NCBI GenBank assembly: GCA_964016885.1
Contig: OZ024740.1
Span: 120,342,001-120,406,000 of the forward strand
Length of the DNA stretch: 64,000 nucleotides
Source of the DNA: Eledone cirrhosa
Lineage: Eukaryota
Reading direction: 5' to 3'
Shown piece by piece: positions 14,890 through 25,677 of this stretch. A program made the position numbers and the translations under genes. The notes under the pieces were generated by a model. That model was given only the letters and a program-made list of their open reading frames with translations. It was not told the origin of the DNA and did not search any database. Numbering within the stretch: position 1 is the stretch's first letter; each line of letters begins with the position of its first letter.

Positions 14890-15590
14890 CTATTGGGGTG
14901 ATAACCCGTTTAGTTTTGGTTTAAATTTGTTAAGGAATAGATTTTCTTTGTTTATTCTTTGTTGCTGTGTGAACGAATCTGAGCACTTGTAGAAGGGGAA
15001 GATTTTAAAGTTGGGTAGTGTCATTCCTGCGCAGTTCGCAATATGGCTGCTCAAGGGGATTTTTCTTGTGTTAGCGTCCCGGATTTGTTGGCGGTGGATG
15101 GTCATTCTTTTGCGTAATGAGGTGCCCGTCTGTCCTATGTAGTTGTGTTTGCACCCACCGCAAGTTATTGCGTAAATCAAGTTCTCCGAGTTGCAGGTGA
15201 AATTGTTTTTTACTGTAAATGTTTGGCCATCTTTGAATGTAAATGTTTGTCCTTCAGTGAGGTAGAGGCACGTTCCACAGTTTGTTCTACCACATTTGGT
15301 AACTGTAGGGTTGAGGATTGGTTTGGGTATATTTGGTCCAGTGAGAATGCGTTTAAGTGATTTGGGTTGTCTTTTACTTTTAAGGATCTTGTGTGTTTCA
15401 AGAATAGACTTCATTTTTACATCTTTAAGTAGGATGGGGAGGTTTTTGTGTAGGTGATCAAACATTTCGGTATTTCTGGGGTTGAAAGTGGATACATATG
15501 GCAGGGTGTTGAGTGTGGTTTTCTGTTTTGGATTGTTAAGTTGATGGGGATTTAGGTGTTTTGCCCTGTCTATTCCATTGTTGATTATTT
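14890..15590 (-). pseudogene. 5'-truncated Penelope-like element (Neptune-type): RT-EN linker and GIY-YIG endonuclease
   Basis: LPYVSTFNPRN, Cys-rich CGRTNCGTC, then NLIYAITCGGCKHNYIGQTGTSLRKRMTIH. The frame is open up to a (TA)n junction. A degenerate hammerhead (GATGG..CCATC-GAAACCGGTC) lies downstream on the minus strand at 13619-13655. Confidence 0.85.
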
Positions 15591-15607
15591 CAAATATATA
15601 TATATTT

Positions 15608-15639
<32 letters not shown>

Positions 15640-15643
<4 letters not shown>

Positions 15644-15915
15644 GAGGTTATATTTAATTTGTTGGGATACAACAAGCTTAAAAATATTTTTACAACTGAT
15701 ATAAAGCATTCAACAAATTATTGGAGTAAATATACAATATATTAATAAATGGAAACTATATTTATAAAACCATATTTATTTTATTATACATATTTCAGGG
15801 TATGTCAATATTTATTTATCTGATGAAAGCACACCATAATTTGCCTTGGTGGCCCTTGAAATATGTATAATAAAATAAATATGGTTTTATAAATATAGTT
15901 TCCATTTGTTAATAT

Positions 15916-15923
<8 letters not shown>
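15640..15923. mobile_element. Fold-back PLE end with type I hammerhead ribozyme (15809-15881, plus strand)
   Basis: ~70-bp inverted arms at 15731-15800 and 15853-15923. Reads TATTTATTTAT-CTGATGA-AAG..CTT-GAAATATGTATA-ATAAAATAAATA. Flanked by (TA)n. Confidence 0.65.
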
Positions 15924-15967
<44 letters not shown>

Positions 15968-16129
15968 GTATTGACATTAATAGTGTGACTTGTTTCTGCA
16001 TTACCAGTAGCGTTTCTTGACATCTAAAGAAACAGATGTTTATGTCTTAAAACTGGTCATGTTGCAGAAATAAGATATATGTGTGTGTAGGTATGTATCT
16101 ATAAATCAATATATATATATATATATATA

Positions 16130-17085
16130 GTGAAAACTGGGACGGGAACAAAAACAGAGAAGCAGTACAAACAAAGGTTTATTAGTTTCACGCTCTTGAG
16201 AGTGGGGGGGGGGACGTTTCGGGCATAAACCCTTCTTCAGGAGAAAAAGGGTGGGAAGAGAGTTCCGAGGGTGTGTGGGGGGGTGATGGAGAGACATTAT
16301 TCCGGAGGCTGAGTGTCTATATGTGGGGTTACGCACATGTGTGTTGGTGTTTATTCGTGGTGTGGATGTAGGTGGCGTGGTTCGAAAAAGAATTGTGAAT
16401 GTATGTTCGTGGGTAAGTTCCTAAGGTAGTTCCGTGGAGTGTGCGATGAGTTGCTGGATATTTTTCATGTTATGGAGTGGATAGCTGGAACGATGACCAG
16501 TGGTGTGTAATCTGTTGGTTGTGGTGGTCGAAAGTGGAGAGATGTGGGGTGCACGCGCAACAGGAAGTGGTCAGAGGGTCAAGGCAGGATGAAGAGATAG
16601 CAGTAGAGGAGAATGACAGGTGGAGAAAGTCAGTGTGTGATGAGGACTGTGTGTCTGTGTGTGCGGAGGTGCGGTGGACATGGGATGGGTAGGTGTGAAA
16701 GGTGGAGTGGGGGGTCATGTGGGGGACGGGGTGCGTATTAGTAGGTGTGAAAGGTGGAGTGGGGGGTCATGTGGGGGGAGGGGTGCGTATTAGTAGAGGT
16801 GTTAGTGGGATGTGTGTGTGTGTGAAGGGGTGTAGGTGGAGAGGGGAGAGGGAGAGAAAAGGTGTTGGGGACGGTGGAGGGAGTGTAGTGTACTGGTGTG
16901 TGTGTGCGTGTTTCGATGAGTGGTGTGGTAAAGGGGGTGTTAGTATACTGGTGGTGGGGAAAGGGTTGAATGTGGGTGTGTTAGTGGGGGTTAGTGGTGG
17001 TTGGGTGTGTGGGGTGGGTGGTGTATGTAGGTGTGGGTGTGTGTGGGAAGGTGTGTGTTCATGTGCGTGGGGTTGGGGGGATGTT
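16130..17085 (-). mobile_element. Degenerate Penelope-like relic with minimal hammerhead core (16213-16240)
   Basis: Minus strand reads CTGAAGA-AGGGtttatGCCC-GAAACGTC. STFDHHNQQITHHWSSFQ resembles the PLE linker. C/A-rich low-complexity flank. Confidence 0.55.
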
Positions 17086-17092
17086 AACACAC

Positions 17093-17129
<37 letters not shown>

Positions 17130-17333
17130 TACATGGTAAGAATTTCTACTCAGATGACTGTTTATTGCATTAGCTAGTCTTAAATCCATATTTCGAACAT
17201 GAGTCATGCAAATTTGTGCAATAATAGAATGAATATAAATTCATGATAGATTTTTCTAACTAAAACTACATTACAATTCACTTTCTCTTCAATCTAGTTC
17301 TTGAATTAAACATCATTATTTTATCATTGAAAA

Positions 17334-17543
17334 GGGCGATGGTTTGGTTGTATTGGTTGGGCATTGGACAACATGCATTGCAGCATAGCATTACGGCCCT
17401 TCATATTCTGAGTTCAAATCCTGCCAAGGTTTGCTTCACCTTTCATTCTTATGGGTTTGATAACGTACAGGGGTTGATTTAATCGACTTTCCCCCCATAA
17501 CACTAAAATTGTTGGCTTTGTGCCTCAACAAAGAAATCATTAT
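17334..17543 (+). mobile_element. Diverged SINE, family B
   Basis: TTCTGAGTTCAAATCCTGCCAAGG and CCTTTCATTCTT..GATAA core. Confidence 0.65.
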
Positions 17544-17939
17544 TTTATCATTGTGAAGACTCGGATTTTCCTTTAGAATGAAGAAAAACTATGATTGATG
17601 ATGTGAAATTGTTTTTAACTCTTTCATTATCATATTTCTAATGAAATATTGTAAATAATTCAAATCATTATAAAATAATCAAGCATTTATAGGGAATTAG
17701 TAATATCACCAATTTTCTAATTATTTATCTGGTGACTGGGGCAAAATGTAACACAAGGTTTTATACAGAATTATGATAGGTTTTTAAATAAATACACATT
17801 AAAACAAAATGCTTTGTATTATAGAACCATAGGCAGTTTTGGGCAATATGGTATCAATTAAATACCACCATAAAGTTTTTTCTTATACTTATTATATTAA
17901 ATGTGCAGCTGTCACTGTGATTGATAAACCAGTTCTAAA

Positions 17940-18160
17940 CCCTTTAGCATTTAAACCGGCCATATCCGGCCAGAATTCTCTCATCTCTTTGTGTTCAAAC
18001 TGGCCATAACCAGCCCCTCATACTTATGTTAAGGTATTGTTCTCAAAATAAATGACATCAAAATCTCATAGATTCAATATTATGTGAAATAATTATGTGA
18101 GGTAAAGCCTTTACTGTGAAAATACAATAGTAAATATAGAGTAATATGAATGCTAAAGGG
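17940..18160. mobile_element. piggyBac-type MITE
   Basis: TIRs CCCTTTAGCATT / AATGCTAAAGGG, with TTAA on the right and TAAA on the left. Confidence 0.7.
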
Positions 18161-20005
18161 TTAAGGAAAATGTTTTTCTTATTTTATCTAGTATTTCTAT
18201 AATGACTTATGTTCTTCGGGACATACTAACTGCATCGTCGTTTGGTGCACACCTTGATCTATTTGTCACTTGCATGGTGTTTTGTTTCCTCAGATTAACT
18301 TTTATCTACACCTACATTCTAAAATTTTCGTTTTACCATATACTTAAATGTCCATTTCTTTCAAGTGTGTCTGCAATATATTAACCTTCGAAGCATAAGC
18401 TCAACATTAACACAAATCTCTCTCAACAATTCTAATATGAAAAAGCTGCTACAGGTTATATGTCATGCCCTTTCACCATTGAAAATGACAAAAAATACTA
18501 TTTAAATATATAATTTTAAATGAGCTTCCAAACTTAAAGAGATTAATGAGTTATCTCCGAAGAGTACTAAGTATTTATACAAGGCATTTAATAGCTATTT
18601 TGGTAAATTGAAAATCATTTATTTGAACTAAGCTTTATTGGAAATGAAGAATATAAACCAATGATTATTTCCCCTTTCACTGTTGCCAACTATTCTTAGT
18701 AATCGGTTATAGTTTCATTTCAATGAATGCATCAATAGCCACCAATCCTCCTTTCTTCAAGTAGGCCAAGTACAGAAATGATAAATGACTTTGAAACTTT
18801 GAAACGTTCCATTAGTTCATCAATAATATCCAGGTCACTGATCTGTGTAAGACAGCAATATTAGATCTTGAATATTTTCTGGTAACGTCAGTTGTAAGAA
18901 GGACATCAAACTATTTAAAATTTCACAATTATCTTAATGTCAAGAAGGACGGTAATTGATTTCATTTAGTTAAATTGATTTATTTCAGTCAGAATGAGGA
19001 AAGCAGATTGCCTTTCTTTTAAAACAATTTCCCACCTTTAAACATATTAACTATATGGAATTCTTACTGTGTGATTATCTAGCTGTCATTAGAAAGAGCT
19101 TGAAATTATAAAATGCCTGCACCAAGAAGAAATTGTAAATTCTCAGCATGGAATAGAAGATACACAAATCAGCTTTCACAAAACCCCCACCTTCATATGT
19201 TTGAAAGAGTACCTCTTTCATCCTCCTCCACAGCATCACTGTTACATTTGTCATCACCGCTGCCATTGTTTTCATTATTTTTTGCCATTGCTTTAGCCTC
19301 ATCATTTTATCATGTTTCCACATTATCACAAGTTGCCTGTGTCTACAAAAGGTCATGATTCGTGGTCATACTTTGTAGTGAACTGTAAGGCCTAAAATCT
19401 TTAGAGACAAGGTTCTTTGATCTTCTATGGCTGGTTTCCTCATGCATACATACACATATATACATGCCTCTCTATCTCTCTCATATATATATATCATATT
19501 CTCACTAATTTCATCCTCACATATTTATGCACATATGCTTACACATACAAACTTCCATTCATAAATATATACATACATACATACATACATACCATCAACA
19601 ATTTCCTAATTCCTGTTCATTTAACTGATTCAAACACAGACATTCCAATAATTGCATTTTTTTGTATTAGTTATGTCATATATTAAACCAATATACTTAA
19701 ATATAAATTCATTCTTTCAGAGTTGATGTAACTAATATAACATGGCTGATAAAAAAAAAAACATATTACATAAATTGTAACAAACTATTAAGATAGCTTC
19801 TTATAAATATTTTTTTTGTTTTATCTAAACTATACTTTTTAGTATTTTCATATATTTTAATGCAATTTGATATATATGTTTTATATTTTAATGCAATTTT
19901 TTCTTGATTTTACTGAAAATGATCATTTAGAATTTTTTATGTTTTTCATATATACAATATGAATTTATTAATATTATTCACAATATCTTTAACCTTGTTA
20001 TTATA

Positions 20006-20232
20006 CAGGGTGAGCATAAAGTCTTGGGTGAACATAAAGTATTTTCCTGATTATAAGATACCATATCTTAGATACTATTTAAGATTATACTTTTTCTTTT
20101 TTTTAATTTATGAATTTCAAATTTAAAGTTTTTCTGAACATGCTTGACATTTTCTTTTCTAGAGAAAGTAGTTGTAATTTCCAGTAAATGGCATCTCTGA
20201 AACAAAAAGGGAAATATTTTATGCTTACTCTG
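20006..20232. mobile_element. Tc1/mariner-type MITE
   Basis: TA-CAGGGTGAGCATAAA ... TTTATGCTTACTCTG-TA: imperfect TIRs with TA duplication. Confidence 0.55.
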
Positions 20233-21402
20233 TACTTCTAATACCATGTTTAAAATAATCAAGAATTTGAAGAGCTTTAGTAACTTATCTCCCTTTCCCA
20301 TTACATATCTGGTGTTTGGAACAGATTATATCAAAGCTCTCATAGAAAACTATGATGGACGGCTCTTAAATACATATATACACTCTAAATCTCTAAATCA
20401 AATAGCTTTGTGTCAGAGCATGGGGAATGTTTATACAGTTTGTTGTCAAAAGGTTTAAAGAATATTTATTCAATATATTCATCATCGTGTTGGGGGAGGG
20501 GGGCAGAAAGTTGACATCTTACCTGTTCAAGGATTTTTACATGAAACTGGCCCAAAAGTAAACTCTTTGTTTTTATTATGAGATTTAAGTGGAATTAGGG
20601 AAGATTGGTGGGTAATGGCATTTCTTATTTGAGGGGGATATTGCATACAGACACAAACATCCAATTTTTGTCATTTTGATAATCTTAATAATAATATTTA
20701 CCAATAACATTCTCACTTTATTTATGTAGGCACAGCATGGTCAAATGTTTTAAATATTCACTTCACAATCATAAGGCCCTAGGTTTGATGTCATTGCATA
20801 GCAACTTTGGTAAGCATCAATTACATTATCCTAAAGTCAATCCAAGTTTTTTGAGTGAAATTGTATAGATGGAAACAATTTGGAAGCCTGTCAGATGGAC
20901 TGTATCTGTAATTCAATAGGTCTGCCTTATTGCACACATATCTATGGAATGCCCAGCCACGTTTATGAGTAAGCTGTTCAATTAATGAAACTACTGGAAT
21001 GCTCATCATCAAAATTAATTCCCCTGCATCTTAGTGTCATATATATATATACTATGTTAGTGTCAGAAATTTTGCATGTTAGTATCAGAAATGTTATGAT
21101 GGTTTTTGAATTCACTGTGTCCAAATTTCTGGACACTATTATCAAACTCCACCCATCCTGTAGAGACCTGTCTTACAGGCATTGTCAGTCTAAGTGATAA
21201 ACAAGGTTTGGTATCCCAATTTTGAACTTGCTTACTGTATTCTTTCTGCCTTTGTTAATTTTATAGCTTTAAAGAATTAGCTTTTAATGAACTCCTTTTT
21301 CTTTAATTCCTTCAACAAATGACCTACACCCATCCCAACCCCCACCCTCTCCTACCACCAGATAAGGAAAGATATAAATACTACCATTTTACTTGGACAG
21401 CC

Positions 21403-21453
21403 AGCTTCCTGATGATTCCTCACGAATGAAACAGTTCTAGTCCTGTAGAAGCT
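21403..21453 (+). ncRNA. Type I hammerhead ribozyme-like motif (PLE-derived)
   Basis: AGCTTC-CTGATGA-ttcctcacgaat-GAAACAG-ttctagtc-CTGTA-GAAGCT: 6-bp stem I, 4-bp stem III, GUA cleavage triplet. Stem II is short and slightly out of register. Confidence 0.65.
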
Positions 21454-21510
21454 CTTCTATATTAAAACACGGCAGCGATAATGAGAGACAGAGACCGCTG
21501 GAGAGAACTC

Positions 21511-23728
21511 CGGGGAGAAGTGTGTACTTAATGATGACGGCGTACTTGCCATCACCGATGCTGATAAGAAGGTAGCTTGGAAGTGTCACTATGAAAGGCT
21601 ACTAAATGAGGAGAATAAATGGGAGAAAGACAGTCTCCCCCACATCGACCTAATAGAGGGACCAGCAGTGTTAGTCGAGGGTAGTATAATAAGTAAGGCA
21701 ATCAAGGATATGAAGACGGGTAAGGCGGCTGGGCCTTCAGAAATAGTTGCTGAGATGCTGAAGGCATCTGGCTCGGTGGGACACACCTTGGTCACCCGGA
21801 TAGTTAACCAATTCGTACAGAATGGGGTTGTTCTGAAGGACTGGCATAGCAGCATCATCGTTAACTGTTATAAGGGTAAAGGAGATGCCCTAGATAGGAG
21901 TAACTATAGAGGCATTAAACTAATCGACCAGGTCATGAAGCTCACAGAAAAAGTAATAGCGCAACTAATCAGAGAGAGAATTGACCTAGATGAAATGCAG
22001 TTCGGGTTTGTGTCAGGCAAAAGTACCACAGACGCTCTTTTCATTGTACGTCAACTACAGGAGAAGAACCTAGCTAAAGGTAAACCCCTCTACTTAGCTT
22101 TTGTCGACTTGGAGAAAGCCTTCGACAGAGTCCCTCGTTCCATTATCTGGTGGGCCCTTAGAAAACTAGGTGTCGACGAATGGCTTGTGAGAGCTATACA
22201 AGCCATGTATAAAGAAACAGTCAGCAAGGTTAGAATTAACAACGAATATAGTGAAGAGTTTAGCGTAAAAGTTGACGTCCATCAGGGCTCTGTTCTCAGC
22301 CCCCTACTATTTATTATTGCCCTTCAGGCTATAACAGAGGAGTTAAAGACTGGCTGCCATGGGAACTCCTATACGCAGACGACCTGACACTCATAGCTGA
22401 ATCAATGGCCGAGCTAGAGAAGAAATTCCAAACATAGAAGCACGGCCTAGAATCAAAAGGCCTTAAAATTAACCTGGCTAAGACTAAAGTTCTAGTTTGT
22501 AGGAAAGAAAATAAGGCGGCGGTCCCTTCCGGGAAATGGCCATGCTCAGTGTGTACGAAAGGCGTAGGTAGAAACTCCATTTTATGTCCCAAATGCAAAG
22601 TATGGGTGCATAAAAGATGTAGTGGGATCACAGGTAAGCTAACTAATAACTTAGATTTTACATGTGGGCAGTGCTCTGGTGCAATAAATAGCAGCGAGTG
22701 CCCACAAAATACTAACCCTTTCAATTGCGCAGAGGGCTCTATAGAAATAGTGGACAGCTTCCGTTTCCTGGGTGACAAAATCAGCAGTGGGGGAGGGTGC
22801 TCCGAAAGTACAGTAGCTAGAGTCAGAACTGGATGGAAAAAGTTCAGAGAGCTTATACCACTATTAGCCGCTAAAGGGTTCTCCCTAAAAATGAAAGGCA
22901 GGTTGTATGATGCCTGCATACGAACAGCAATGTTGCATGGCAGTGAGACCTGGGCATTGTGCGCAGAGGATATACGCAGACTAGAGAGGAACGAAGCTTG
23001 CATGCTCCGCTGGATGTGTAATAGTAATATACGTGACCGGCAAAGCATAAACGAACTAAGGAAAAAATTAGAAATAAGAGGGATCAGATGTTGTTTACTC
23101 GAGAGAAGGCTACGTTGGTACGGACACGTGATGCGCATGAAAGTCGATAGCTGTATAACAAAGTGCAGGGCAATAAAGATAGACGGTAGCCACGGAATAG
23201 GCAGACCTAGAAAATCCTGGGACGAGCTGATAAACTCCGACCTCACACACTTACACCTCTCCAAGACAATGTCACTGGACCGAGACCTTTGGCGGTACTC
23301 AGTAATAGAGAAGACCCGCCTTACCTAAATACATAGTAAAACCTACTACAGCCAGTAGGCATCTCTAACAAAATACACCCCCGTCCCACCACCCACATCC
23401 CATCCACACCACCCCCTCCTATGTAAACTTATGTTGGTGCCACAACATCCAGGCCGAAACAAATGAGATTGTGTAGGTGTCACGACAAAAAAACACACAG
23501 TCCACGCTGTAATGTGGCCGTGTAGGCAACACGGTAAAAACCTCCCAGAGTCACACTGTAAATGTGGTTGGTGTTAGGAAGGGCATCCAACTGTAGAAAA
23601 CCTGCCAGACAGTCCTATGCGAGCAAGACAATCACTCTTGCCTCAAGTGGGAATACCCCCGTCCAAACCCATGCAAGCGTGGAACACGGACGTTAAACGT
23701 TGATGATGATGATGATGATGATGATGAT
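21511..23728 (+). mobile_element. RTE LINE, subfamily A, 5'-truncated, young (RT with PHD-like insert, 3' UTR, (GAT)n tail)
   Basis: RT motifs NYRGIKL, FVDLEKAFDRV, HQGSVLSP, LLYADD (frameshifted) and FRFLG. One frameshift near 22355 and a stop near 22435. Confidence 0.95.
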
Positions 23729-24027
23729 AAATATATACACTATATGAAAATGTTACAGTGATTCAGTTGAACCTTATGTATTAATTATTTTTCGTAATAA
23801 TCCTTAATTTTTCATTTGGCACAATAATGTTCGTTTGCCTATAAACCATTTACAGCTTCTGAAAAAGGTAGCTGATAGAGTCATTTTTATTTATAACTTT
23901 TGACGAGAGTGAGGAATGGAGAGAGTGAAGAGAAGAGAGGGAGTGAGCAAACTAGAGAGCAAGTGGGGAGAGGAAGAGAGAGAGAGAGCATGATCAAGAG
24001 TGAAAGAGGAGGAGACAGATGACATAA

Positions 24028-24260
24028 CCTTTTGTTACAATATTTCTCATGAAATACACTGTTTATGATTTTCTAATAAACTTGAAGATAATCAACAGAT
24101 TTTGTGAAATAACCAGCTTGCGCAGAATTTCTCGGATATTTGGATGTGTCCTTAAATTAAAATGATGGTATCATTTTTAAGATGAATATAAACAATTTAA
24201 AACAAACAATTGTGTATTCGAGAAGCAAGGGCACTTTCAGATGGTTTGGTACCAAAAGGG
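24028..24260. mobile_element. piggyBac-type MITE, second family
   Basis: (a)TAA-CCTTTTGTTAC ... GTACCAAAAGGG-TTAA. Confidence 0.55.
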
Positions 24261-25049
24261 TTAAGGCTGCAGTTAACCTCTGACTAACCTTAAGTCATAC
24301 TTTTAAATATATTCTATTTTTAACATTAAGAACAATTTTGGGATACACTGAATTCAAAACATTTTCTGGACACACATTTGATCAAGATGAAAATGTAATC
24401 CCCCTCATTCATCATTCAATTGTCATATTTATCACATACCCACATGAGTATCACTCTTCCCAACATCCATTGTTAATATGTAACAGAACATCCCAGGCAA
24501 CTTTTATAACACCTGTATGGTGGACAAAATCTCTGTCAAATGACTGAAACACACACACACACATTTATGGCTATACTATTTGATACACCTTTTGTCTACA
24601 TCAAATGACATCTGACTCAGACAACCTTATTGCTGGCTGCTCCTCCCAGGACAGGCATAACTTAACAGCTAGTTTTTACTTATTTCATATTTGCAAATGA
24701 TCCAAAAGCTTGTTTATGATGTCATTACATAACTGAATTAATATTATTTTCACTTGAAGTGTACTGGACACATTTAAAATTCTTCTACTTTGAAGTAGAT
24801 GACACAATGACAATACAATAAGTAAGAGTTGATAAGATTTAACCAGAGGGAAATAAAATATGTATGTGTTTATGTGTATGTGCATATATGCATTCATTCC
24901 TGCTCATGCACACTAAACATACAACCTAGTGTGGAAAGATGAACTTCAATAAAACAGCATATGACATTTTGGAATAGTTTGCCAACATTCCTGAATAAAA
25001 ATTTATGTTGTTGCAACCAATACACACAAATACATATGAATGAATGGGT

Positions 25050-25111
25050 AACTGTTGAAGAGCATTGACTGATTTGCCCTTTGGCAAATCAGTCAATGCT
25101 CTTCAACAGTT
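25050..25111. repeat. Perfect inverted repeat, 29-bp arms with 4-nt loop
   Basis: AACTGTTGAAGAGCATTGACTGATTTGCC-cttt-GGCAAATCAGTCAATGCTCTTCAACAGTT. Confidence 0.95.
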
Positions 25112-25677
25112 TATCAACTTCATGCAGCCTATTGCATAAATGCTACTCTATATTAACTTTGGTAGTTTTATGGTAAGAAAAGCGACCAAATCTAAAACAT
25201 TCTCCAACAACCCATATATGATAAGTTAGCATGAAACTACTTGGTGTGTAATGATACAATGAAAAATTCACAAAACATTTTTAACTTTATCCTGACTTTA
25301 TTTTGAATGATTACTGTCTGAATGGGTAATCTTGGTTCATAGACCTAGAGCCAATGTGAGCTGGGTTCATGTCAAAATGGTGATTACTATTTAATAGCTT
25401 TTATATATTGTTTTCATAACTGTTGTGAATAAAAAAGTAGACCAGTAATTTAATAAAAAGCCTATAATAAACTGTATAATAATTGACTATTTTATTACAT
25501 ACTTGTCTTTTTAAACTGTGCAGGATTGGGGAATCCATGATTGGTGGGAGGAATGGACAGAGAAAGGAAGACGTCACAAAACTGTCACCTGGCATGAATA
25601 CTTGAAACCGAGTGGACCCCTCTAATCCATTCCCCCAAGGGCAAAGTAATGGCCTTAATCTGGGCAACAGATTAAGT

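Noticed and set aside
18750-19360. Possible piggyBac transposase relic (GGFVKADLC..YSMLR)
   Set aside because: Too degenerate to support by eye; no TIRs found.
20523-20546. Minus-strand 24-nt microexon-like segment (FHVKILEQ, CAG|gtaaga)
   Set aside because: The acceptor is weak (ttttgggccag) and there is no other support.
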